Shown: positions 1-8,139 of the stretch, piece by piece | Layout of the letters: every line of letters starts with the position of its first letter | Numbering within the stretch: position 1 is the first letter of the stretch | Assembly: GCA_963719085.1 (NCBI GenBank) | Contig: CAVRAL010000004.1 | Span: 192,001-256,000 of the forward strand | Length of the DNA stretch: 64,000 nt | From: a candidate division FCPU426 bacterium | Lineage (GTDB): Bacteria > Oederibacteriota > Muellerivitia > Muellerivitales > Muellerivitaceae | Direction of reading: 5' to 3' | Notes under the pieces: generated by a model | What the model was told of the DNA's origin: nothing | Seen by the model: the letters and a program-made list of their open reading frames with translations, nothing else | Databases searched by the model: none | Position numbers and translations under genes: made by a program

Positions 1-70
1 TTGGCGGCCTTCCCCGTAGTAGCATGTCAGTTGGCTGGCCGGTCATTCTCAAAATTTAAGGGAGTTTATC

Positions 71-667
71 ATGAAACAATGGAAGCTATTTTTAGCCGTT
101 TTAAGCCTGACGGCCTTTGCCGGGAGCTTCGCCCAAGCCGCCGATTACACCATCGATCCCGTTCACAGCAGCATCAACTTCAAGGTGAAACACTTGAGCA
201 TCAGCTATGTGATGGGTAAATTTTCCAAGTTTTCGGGAACCGTGAAGTTCGACCCCAAAAATGTCGCCGCCTCTAAGGTCAAGGTGACGATTGATCCGGC
301 CAGCGTGGATACGGGCGAACCCCTAAGGGACAAAGACCTTCGCAGTGATAATTTCTTCGAGGTGGAGGACTACCCCACCGCCACCTTCGTCAGTACCAAG
401 GTAACGGATATGAAGGATAACCAGTTCCAAATCATGGGCAACCTGACCCTGCATGGCATCACCAAACCCGTGACACTGGACGCGACTTACGGAGGCACCA
501 TGACGGACGCCCAAGGCCGCCACGTGGCGTTCGAGGCCTCCACCGAGATCAACCGCCAGGACTATGACGTGAGCTTTAATGTGACACTGGACCAAGGCGG
601 CGTGTTGGTGGACGATCACGTAAAGCTGATGTTCGAGATCGAGGCTTTAGAAAACACAAAGAAGTAA
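71..667 (+). CDS. yceI: YceI family periplasmic polyisoprenoid-binding protein
   Basis: Signal peptide, YTIDPVHSSINFKVKH, RDKDLRSDNFF and GNLTLHGITKPV motifs. SD AGGGAG upstream. Confidence 0.93.
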   Translation: MKQWKLFLAVLSLTAFAGSFAQAADYTIDPVHSSINFKVKHLSISYVMGKFSKFSGTVKFDPKNVAASKVKVTIDPASVDTGEPLRDKDLRSDNFFEVEDYPTATFVSTKVTDMKDNQFQIMGNLTLHGITKPVTLDATYGGTMTDAQGRHVAFEASTEINRQDYDVSFNVTLDQGGVLVDDHVKLMFEIEALENTKK

Positions 668-767
668 GTGATAACCAAACCAACCGCTCACGTCATGCCG
701 ACCTTCCATAAGAATTTAAGGAGGTCGGTATAGTGCCGATTTCCTTAACTTCAGTTTGGAGAATCGG

Positions 768-937
768 CGCAAAAACGCCAAGACGCAAAGGTAGACATAG
801 TTTTTAAGTAAACAAAACTTAGAAACCCAAAACAAAAAAGCCCCGGGTTAACCCCCGGGGCTTTTTTGTTTTAAACATCTTTTAGATTTTAATTCTCCCG
901 AAAAGATTCAGCCTGCCTTGGCGTCTTGGCGTGCGCC
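768..937. repeat. CGCCAAGACG-type inverted-repeat element, copy A
   Basis: Left arm CGCAAAAACGCCAAGACGCAAAG (768-790) and right arm CCTTGGCGTCTTGGCGTGCGCC (916-937) enclose a terminator. Confidence 0.7.
829..872. terminator. Bidirectional rho-independent terminator between yceI and the helicase gene
   Basis: AAAACAAAAAAGCCCCGGG-loop-CCCGGGGCTTTTTTGTTTT between convergent genes. Confidence 0.9.
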
Positions 938-947
938 TTGGTTTAGC

Positions 948-2801
948 TTACCGGTTCCCGAAAGAATCATCCCCCGCCGGCTGTTGCTGGTGTTCCCGGC
1001 GTTTGAAGTTGCTCGAAGGACGGCGGTCTCCGCCGCCGAATCCTTGGGGCCTTTCATTCCCGCCAAACGAGGGGCGGTGATTTCCCCCCGGACGCGACGG
1101 GCGGCCTTCGGAGCGAACCCCGAAATTACCTTCCCGGGGGGCGGGCTTTGAGTGCGGGCGGTCAAAAGAACGGCTGGGCGGACGGCCATCGCGGTTCGCG
1201 GGCCGGCCCATCGCCGGACGGTCGCTACGGGGATGGGCGCCTGGCCCATGGTCCCGGCGCTGGCGGTTAAAGGGAGCCGAGTCCGAGCGCTTTCCAAAAC
1301 CTCCGCCACCCCCGCCGGGGCGGGGAGTCCATTCCCGGCGCGCCGGACGCGCGTCGGCGCGCGGCGCGAAATTGCCTTCACGCTCGGGCCTTCCGTGGGG
1401 ACGGCCGGTGGAGTGCCGGTCCGGCGTGTCGCCGTGAAAAATCGCCGGATTGCCGTTGGCGTCTTTTTGGCTGGGCAGGCCGGTCCGGGATTGATGCGCT
1501 TCCGAGCGGCGCTGGTGGCGGCCATCCGGATGGCGGCGTTTGGCGGCGTGATCATCGCCGCGCGGCCAAGAAGGCCGGGGGCTCGAAAAATTACGGGCGC
1601 CGCTGGCGCCGGCGTCATTTTTTTTGAAGGCCCTTTGATGGGCGTGCTGGGGCGCGTGCGAGGAGGTTTTCGGCGTAAAATCGCCCGAGCGCGACGGCTT
1701 GGTCTTGATCGATTCCCGGGGCGCCTTGATGAGCCTTAAAATTCTTTCCCATAAGCCGCGGTCTTCCGGCGTCAAAAGGCAAAGCGACGCGCCCTCCGCC
1801 CCCGCGCGGGCGGTGCGGCCGACGCGATGGATGTAATCCTCCGGGTTGCGGGGCAGGTCGTAATTCACGACGTGCGCGATGTGATGGATGTCCAAGCCGC
1901 GGGCCGCGATATCGGTGGCCACCAGGATCCGGTAGCTGCCTTCCCGGAATTGCTCAATGGCTTGACGCCGTTGGGATTGGGTCCGTCCCCCATGCACGCG
2001 GGTGACTTTAAAACCCGACTCTTTCAACTTTTCCGCCAATCGTTCCACCCGGCTTTGGGTGCGGGCGAAAACCAACACCGATCCCTGGCGCTCATTCAAC
2101 TCAGCCGTCAACTCCTCATACTTTTTGGCCTCCGAGGTATGGATGACCATTTGGACGATCTTGGCGATCGGCTGGGTCGATTCGCCCACCGCGATGCGCA
2201 CGGGATCCTTCAGGTAGCGCGAACCCATGGCCTTGATGTCGTCCGGAAGCGTGGCCGAGAACAAAAGGGTTTGTCGCTGCGCCGGAAGGCGCTTGCGGAT
2301 TTCTTCCAGTTGGGGAGCGAAACCCATGTCGAGCATGCGGTCCGCCTCGTCCAAAACCAAAAAACCGGCCTTGGATAAGTTAAGGCTTCCGCGGCCCAAA
2401 TGATCGATCACCCGGCCCGGGGTCCCGATGACCAAGCGGGGTTTACGGATGAGGGCCGAAATTTGGCCGCCCATATTTGCGCCGCCGATGAGAAGCACCG
2501 AGCCGCCGAGAAAATGGGTGCCGGTCAATTTTCTTAAAACTTCCAAAACCTGGGCCGCCAATTCCCGGGTCGGCGTCAAAATCAAGGCCGTCTGGTCGGG
2601 ATTCTTGGATAAAAAGGTGAGGAGGGGAATGCCGAATCCGGCGGTCTTACCCGTGCCGGTTTGGGCCGAGGCGATGACGTCCTTGCCTTCCAAAGCTGCC
2701 GGGATGGCTTGCGCCTGCACCGGGGTGGGCTTGCTGAAATTCATCTGCTTGAGGGATTTTCCTAAAAATTCCGGCAATCCCAATTCTTGAAAACTTTCCA
2801 T
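948..2801 (-). CDS. DEAD-box RNA helicase with long R/G/P-rich disordered C-terminal tail
   Basis: Q motif, AQTGTGKT, PTRELA, DEAD, SAT, ARGLD and HRVGRTAR. ATG at 2801 follows AAGGAA. Confidence 0.95.
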   Translation of the reverse strand: MESFQELGLPEFLGKSLKQMNFSKPTPVQAQAIPAALEGKDVIASAQTGTGKTAGFGIPLLTFLSKNPDQTALILTPTRELAAQVLEVLRKLTGTHFLGGSVLLIGGANMGGQISALIRKPRLVIGTPGRVIDHLGRGSLNLSKAGFLVLDEADRMLDMGFAPQLEEIRKRLPAQRQTLLFSATLPDDIKAMGSRYLKDPVRIAVGESTQPIAKIVQMVIHTSEAKKYEELTAELNERQGSVLVFARTQSRVERLAEKLKESGFKVTRVHGGRTQSQRRQAIEQFREGSYRILVATDIAARGLDIHHIAHVVNYDLPRNPEDYIHRVGRTARAGAEGASLCLLTPEDRGLWERILRLIKAPRESIKTKPSRSGDFTPKTSSHAPQHAHQRAFKKNDAGASGARNFSSPRPSWPRGDDHAAKRRHPDGRHQRRSEAHQSRTGLPSQKDANGNPAIFHGDTPDRHSTGRPHGRPEREGNFAPRADARPARREWTPRPGGGGGGFGKRSDSAPFNRQRRDHGPGAHPRSDRPAMGRPANRDGRPPSRSFDRPHSKPAPREGNFGVRSEGRPSRPGGNHRPSFGGNERPQGFGGGDRRPSSNFKRREHQQQPAGDDSFGNR

Positions 2802-2833
2802 GCTGTGCTGTTCCTTTTGAGACAAATTAAAGT

Positions 2834-2952
2834 TTTCACCGCCAAGACGCTAAGTTCGCCAAGTTAAAAAACAACCTAGAACAGAGCCTAAGAAAACCCA
2901 AAAAGGTTTCAGGTTCGCTGTCCTTGGCGCTCTTGGCGTCTTGGCGGTGAAA
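2834..2952. repeat. CGCCAAGACG-type inverted-repeat element, copy B
   Basis: TTTCACCGCCAAGACGCTAAGTTCGCCAAG ... CTTGGCGCTCTTGGCGTCTTGGCGGTGAAA. Confidence 0.9.
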
Positions 2953-3246
2953 TAAGTTTTACAAAATCATCTTATTGCGGTTTTTGAAATGGGACGCATC
3001 CGGGGAAATAGCAGGGAGAAACAACACTCGCGATATTTCGGTTCTGATGAAGCCCTTGGCAGGAATGAGGACACTTTGAAGTCCCGCTTCCTGGACGATT
3101 CCAAACTTAAAGACCGGGGTGACCCGTCTTTATTTGGGGTTCGTATTGTCACCTTCTCCTAACTGACAGGAGGTGTTCCGCGCAAGGGGACAAACCGTGG
3201 CATTACAGTAGCCTAAAACCCGCTCATTTGGAACCTTTCTTTTAAA

Positions 3247-4320
3247 TTAACGGCGGCTTAACCGGCTCTTGAACTCGTCGATGAGTCCGATCGGAGTGGG
3301 GTCCACACCCTTCAGGTAGGCCAAATAGACGCTGGCAAAGTCCCCGAGATAAATGAGTGAGAACAGCTGGGCCAAAAGCGATTTGCCCTTGGCCTCGATC
3401 TCGGTCACGCCGGCGGTTTTGGAGGTGATCATCTTTTTCAATAAATCAAACCGCCTCAGGATCTGGGGATGGTCGCCCTGGGGCTGGCGCAAAAGCACCA
3501 CGGCCATTTGTTTGGTCAGGGGCTCGGAATAAGAATAGCCCAAAATCTCATTGTGGTTCATTTCAGGGATCAAGTTCGATAAGGCGATTTGCTTGGCGTT
3601 CTCGTTCATCTGGGTTTTCCAGCGCAGGCTCACCGAATCCAAGTGGTCCTGCCCGGCGTAAAAAAGCGGCAGACGCTTGTGAAGGAAAAGCGCCAAAAGC
3701 TTGGCGGGATTTTTTTCCGTGGGCGTCAGCGGGCCATATTGGCCGGCTTGCCGGGTCAAAATTTCCAGCGCCTCGTTAAAGTCCGCCGTGGTGGAAGGCA
3801 AAAGTTTCAAGGTTTCCAACGCCGTCAATAAAGTAAAGAAGGAATAACCCAGCGCCGCCCGGGGCGGCAATCCGCCCGACAAGGCCAATATGGGAACCTT
3901 GGCTTTGACGGCTTGCCGCATCAGTTCCCCTCCCGACGTCATGACCAATACCCTTAATCGACGCGCTACCGCCTGCTTAAAAACCGAGAGGGTTTCTTCC
4001 GTGCCGCCCGAATAGCTGGAACAGACCACCAGCGTTTCCTTGGACGCCCAACCCGGCAGGGTGTAATGCCGGTTCACCGTGAGGGAAAATTTCGATTTTT
4101 TCCAAATCAGGCTTTTGAGGATATCCCCGCCGATCGCGGATCCGCCCAATCCCGACAGGATCACTTGGCGGACACCGGAGGATTTGAGCTTCGGCGGATG
4201 GGCCAGCACCGGATAACGCGCGTTTTGGCATTGAGCCGGAAAGTCCAAAATTTTGCGGATCATATCGGAAGGATCGAGTTGGGTCAGGCGGTTGGGTTGG
4301 TCCAGGATCGGATGCGGCAC
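3247..4320 (-). CDS. Bifunctional phosphoglucose/phosphomannose isomerase (SIS plus bact-PGI_C)
   Basis: GLGGSAIGGD, SYSGGTEET, RWKTQMNENAK, PEMNHNE and GDFASVYLA. GTG at 4320 follows AGGAG. Confidence 0.92.
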   Translation of the reverse strand: MPHPILDQPNRLTQLDPSDMIRKILDFPAQCQNARYPVLAHPPKLKSSGVRQVILSGLGGSAIGGDILKSLIWKKSKFSLTVNRHYTLPGWASKETLVVCSSYSGGTEETLSVFKQAVARRLRVLVMTSGGELMRQAVKAKVPILALSGGLPPRAALGYSFFTLLTALETLKLLPSTTADFNEALEILTRQAGQYGPLTPTEKNPAKLLALFLHKRLPLFYAGQDHLDSVSLRWKTQMNENAKQIALSNLIPEMNHNEILGYSYSEPLTKQMAVVLLRQPQGDHPQILRRFDLLKKMITSKTAGVTEIEAKGKSLLAQLFSLIYLGDFASVYLAYLKGVDPTPIGLIDEFKSRLSRR

Positions 4321-4355
4321 GAAAAGCTCCTTAAATTTATTAAACCAACAAAAAT

Positions 4356-4439
4356 GGCACACGCAAAGACGCTAAGACGCAAAGTTTTCAAAAACTAAAA
4401 TTTTTATTTTCTTGGCGTCTTAGTGTCTTTGCCTGCGCC
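4356..4439. repeat. CGCCAAGACG-type inverted-repeat element, copy C
   Basis: GGCACACGCAAAGACGCTAAGACGCAAAG ... CTTGGCGTCTTAGTGTCTTTGCCTGCGCC. Confidence 0.85.
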
Positions 4440-4454
4440 TTCGGTTCGATGCTT

Positions 4455-6203
4455 TCAGAATAAAATCGCCTTGAGCTCGGGCGGAACGCTTTCTTTGATC
4501 AAGTCCATCACTTCCTCGGAAGTCTTCAGCTTCAAGGCCGCTTTCGCGATCTCCTCGGCTTTTTGATGGGGCATCATGCGGATGACTTTTTTCACCTCGG
4601 GGATCACCGACACGCTGACGGAAAACTCGTCCAATCCCATCCCTAAAAGCAGGGGCACAAATTGGGGGTCGCCCGCCATTTCCCCGCACATGCCCACCCA
4701 TTTCCCGGCGCGGTGGCAGGCGTCCACCGTGATCTGGATCAAGCGCAAAATCGCCGGATGCAGGGGCTCGTAAAGATACGCCACGGACTCATTCACCCGG
4801 TCCACGGCCAAAGTATATTGGATGAGGTCGTTGGTGCCGATCGACAGGAAGTCCACTTCCTGGATCAATAGGTCCGCCATGATGGCCGCGGAGGGGATCT
4901 CGATCATGGCCCCCATCTCGATTTCCGAGCGGAAGACCTGGCCTTCTTTTTTCAACTGCTCGGCCGCTTCCCGGACCAAGGCTTTGGCTTCGCGGATCTC
5001 CGACAGCGAGGAGATCATGGGGAACATGATTTTAATCGGCCCATGGGCGGCCGCCCGCAGCATGGCCCGCAGTTGGGGCATAAAAATCTCGGGACGTTTC
5101 AAGCAAAGCCGGATGGCCCGCAGCCCCAAAAAGGGGTTGCTCTCGTGCATGGTGTTCAAGTGCGAAAGAAATTTATCGCCGCCTAAGTCCAGCGTGCGGA
5201 CGATGGCCGGATGGACGCCGATCTTCTCCGCCAACTCCCGGTAAGCCTGGTACTGCTCTTCCTCGGTGGGAACGCTCTCGCGGTTGAGAAAAAGAAACTC
5301 GGTCCGGAACAACCCCACGCCCTCGGCGCCATGGATGAAAATCTCATTCAGCTCCTGGGGGATCTCGATATTGGCGGCCAGCGTGACTTGGCGGCCGTCC
5401 GGCGTGGTGGCCGGCAGGTTGCGTAATTCTTCCAGGCTTTTTTGGAAAGCCCGGTAGGACTCTTGCAGGCGCTGGTATTGCTGGAGCGTGGCCGGCGTGG
5501 GCCGAAGCACAATCAGCCCCTTATTGCCGTCCAGGATGAGGGTGTCGCCGTCCTCGATTTCAGCCCGGATGTTGGGCATCCCCACGATGGCCGGAAGGCT
5601 TAAGGAGCGGGCCACGATGGCCACATGGGAGGTGCGGCCCCCGATCTCGGTGGCGAAACCCTTGATGATGTCGGTGGGCAGGTTGACCGTATCCGAGGGG
5701 GACAGGTCCTCCGCGATCAGGATGACCTCATGGTCCAGTTTTTTAAGATGGTCCTTTTCCCCGCCGGTCAGGTTTTTGAGCATGCGGCGGCCCACATCCT
5801 GGATATCGTTGCCGCGTTCCCGGAAATAGGGGTCGTCGATGTCGGCGATCAGGGCTTTAAATTTTTCCAATTCCTCGTGGATCAAGGCTTCGGCGTTGAG
5901 CCGGCGTTTGCGGATCGCCTCGGGAATTTCCTGCTGAAACACGGGATCATCCAGAACCACTTGGTGGGCCTTGAAGATGGCGGCGTGCTCGTCGCCCAGT
6001 TTTTCCTTGGCCTTATCCGCGACCTCGCCGATTTGAATGCGGGTCTTGGCGATGGCGTTCAAATACCGCTGAACCTCGGATTCCGTGTCCTCGGGCTTTA
6101 ACGCGCGCCGGGGAACGGTGAGGCCGGAAGGGTGGTAAAGATAAGCCGGGGCGATGGCGATACCGCCGGAAGCGGCGACCCCGTGCAGGATTTTTTCGGA
6201 CAA
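4455..6203 (-). CDS. ptsI: PTS enzyme I (PEP-protein phosphotransferase)
   Basis: GGRTSHVAI phospho-His, GLFRTEFL, NPFLGLRAIR, SIGTNDL and GMCGE. Confidence 0.97.
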   Translation of the reverse strand: MSEKILHGVAASGGIAIAPAYLYHPSGLTVPRRALKPEDTESEVQRYLNAIAKTRIQIGEVADKAKEKLGDEHAAIFKAHQVVLDDPVFQQEIPEAIRKRRLNAEALIHEELEKFKALIADIDDPYFRERGNDIQDVGRRMLKNLTGGEKDHLKKLDHEVILIAEDLSPSDTVNLPTDIIKGFATEIGGRTSHVAIVARSLSLPAIVGMPNIRAEIEDGDTLILDGNKGLIVLRPTPATLQQYQRLQESYRAFQKSLEELRNLPATTPDGRQVTLAANIEIPQELNEIFIHGAEGVGLFRTEFLFLNRESVPTEEEQYQAYRELAEKIGVHPAIVRTLDLGGDKFLSHLNTMHESNPFLGLRAIRLCLKRPEIFMPQLRAMLRAAAHGPIKIMFPMISSLSEIREAKALVREAAEQLKKEGQVFRSEIEMGAMIEIPSAAIMADLLIQEVDFLSIGTNDLIQYTLAVDRVNESVAYLYEPLHPAILRLIQITVDACHRAGKWVGMCGEMAGDPQFVPLLLGMGLDEFSVSVSVIPEVKKVIRMMPHQKAEEIAKAALKLKTSEEVMDLIKESVPPELKAILF

Positions 6204-6206
6204 GAG

Positions 6207-6479
6207 CTACTCCTTCTCCCCGAAACGTTTGGCCAAAAGGTCGCGGATGGCGGCCAGGGCTTCCTTGGCGTCTTCCCCGTCGGTGGCGAATTCCAGCTCC
6301 GTTCCTTTGGCCGCGGCCAGGGTCATGAGACCCATCAGGCTTTTGGCGTTCACGTTCTGCACGCCGTGATGGATGAAGATCTGGCATTTAAATTTATTGG
6401 CCACCTTCACCAACTCGGCGGCGGCCCTTAAATGCAGCCCCAATTTATTGATGATCGGCATTTTTTCACTGGCTTTCAT
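6207..6479 (-). CDS. ptsH: Phosphocarrier HPr
   Basis: GLHLRAAA (His15) and NAKSLMGLM (Ser46). Confidence 0.96.
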   Translation of the reverse strand: MKASEKMPIINKLGLHLRAAAELVKVANKFKCQIFIHHGVQNVNAKSLMGLMTLAAAKGTELEFATDGEDAKEALAAIRDLLAKRFGEKE

Positions 6480-6511
6480 AGCTCCCTCTTCCCTCTTTAT
6501 TCACGAAGCGT

Positions 6512-7372
6512 TTACGGCAACGGCGTTGTCGACAGCCCTCCCACGGAATCCGGCGTGGCGCTCAAATCCGGCCAAAAGGCCAGCATCAGCGCGAACAGGA
6601 CCACCGCGTAAAAAATCTGGCTGGGACTGATCTTCTTGTGCAGCACGAAGGTGAACAACCCCACGATGGCGGTGAAAAAAGTCAGTTTCAGCGTGAACAG
6701 GTAAGCCCGGTGTTCCAGGTCGGACAAGTTCACGAACACGATCAAAACCCCCAAGAGCACCACGGCCGCCAGCCTTAAACCCCGGATGGCCTGTTGGAAC
6801 CCGTATTGGCGCAGGGTCAACACCACCTGGTCGCTTTTGCGGTAACCCTGTAAAAAGCCCATCAGCCTGAGGCCCACATGGGCTACGTTATAAACCACCA
6901 CAAATAAAACCGGGATGACCCAATATTGCCCGCCCACCCAGAAGGATTTGGACAAAACCAGCGTCACGGCCAAAAGCCCGCAATAGGGGCGAATGGTGGC
7001 CCAAAATAAATTGTCCCCCATGGCCGCCAAGGGGCCCATCATGCCCACCTTCAGGGCGTTGATCTCATCTTCCTTTTGTTTCTGGCGGTTCTTCGGCTCC
7101 GCGGCCCGCTCGGCTTCCATGCGCGCCACCGCCCCCAAGATGAAGGAAGCCATATAGGGATGGGTGTTGAAATATTCCAAATGCCGGGACAAGGCCGCTC
7201 CCCGCGCCTCGGGCGGATAAAGTTTTTTAAAGACCGGGACCAGGATAAAGGCGACCCCGTAGTTCAGATAACGCTCAAAGTTCCACACCGTCTGCAGGAA
7301 AAAGGACCGGCCAAAAGCCGAGGCCAGGGTCCACCAGCCCAAGCGCGTCGGGTTCGTGTTTTCCGGGCTCAT
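6512..7372 (-). CDS. Mannose/fructose/sorbose-family PTS EIID
   Basis: WNFER, RHLEYFNTHP and MMGPLAAMGDNLFW. Confidence 0.93.
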   Translation of the reverse strand: MSPENTNPTRLGWWTLASAFGRSFFLQTVWNFERYLNYGVAFILVPVFKKLYPPEARGAALSRHLEYFNTHPYMASFILGAVARMEAERAAEPKNRQKQKEDEINALKVGMMGPLAAMGDNLFWATIRPYCGLLAVTLVLSKSFWVGGQYWVIPVLFVVVYNVAHVGLRLMGFLQGYRKSDQVVLTLRQYGFQQAIRGLRLAAVVLLGVLIVFVNLSDLEHRAYLFTLKLTFFTAIVGLFTFVLHKKISPSQIFYAVVLFALMLAFWPDLSATPDSVGGLSTTPLP

Positions 7373-8139
7373 CGCGCGTCCCCCCGCCGCATAAAAATCA
7401 AACTCAAAATAAAACCGGACAAAAGGGCGATCCCCACCAGCAAAACTCCCGGCACGTGTAAAAAAATCGCCAAGGTCATAAATGTGGCGATGGACAAGAT
7501 GAGATAAATCACTGTCTGCCTTTCCACCATCAGGTCAATGACCGCCGAGCAGCCCAGCGCCAAAAGAAGCCAGTAAGCGTAGTAAAGCCCTTCCATCACT
7601 TTCGGGGGCAGGATGAGGAAAAGCCGCCCGGTGAGATGCGCGATAAAAAGCCCGACCAGGGCCATTAAAAAACCTTTGGCGTAAAGCTCCAGCAAAACCA
7701 CCGCGTTCAACCATCCAAAAAGGCTCGTATGCCCTTCGGTGGCCAGCTTTTGCGCGAAATGCACCCAGCGCACATGAAATTTCCGAAGCAGCATCTCGGC
7801 TTCCGTACTGAGCGCCGCCAAGGGGATGCAAATGCCGATGGCGTAAGTCATCACCGCTTCCGGCGGGAAGCTTCCCTGCTTGGCCAATTCACAGGCGAAA
7901 GCCGTCGAGATCCCCGCCAGCATCATGATGTCGATGGGCAAATGAGCCCCCACCGGCAGGTCCCCAATCCAAATAATCTCGATCAAAGCCCCCATCTCAA
8001 GTCCCAGCGCGGGCTGGCCGCAAAAAAAGCCAACCAAGGGCCCCACCACAATGGGCCGGGAAATCATGAATTGTCCCACCGCCGAAACGTCGAGGCTTAA
8101 AAGCCCCAGCAGCGCGGGAAGCATCAACCATTCGGTCAT
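7369..8139 (-). CDS. Mannose/fructose/sorbose-family PTS EIIC
   Basis: QFMISRPIVVGPLVG, GALIEIIWIG..PVGAHLP and multiple TM helices. Confidence 0.88.
   Translation of the reverse strand: MTEWLMLPALLGLLSLDVSAVGQFMISRPIVVGPLVGFFCGQPALGLEMGALIEIIWIGDLPVGAHLPIDIMMLAGISTAFACELAKQGSFPPEAVMTYAIGICIPLAALSTEAEMLLRKFHVRWVHFAQKLATEGHTSLFGWLNAVVLLELYAKGFLMALVGLFIAHLTGRLFLILPPKVMEGLYYAYWLLLALGCSAVIDLMVERQTVIYLILSIATFMTLAIFLHVPGVLLVGIALLSGFILSLIFMRRGDAR

Noticed and set aside
908..1739. Overlapping ORFs across the helicase tail
   Set aside because: Stop-poor GC-rich low-complexity sequence with no SD or motif support.
2967..3152. 61-aa ORF in the helicase leader
   Set aside because: It has a possible SD but no motif and lies wholly within stem-loops. 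It cannot be supported as coding, though a leader peptide is not excluded.
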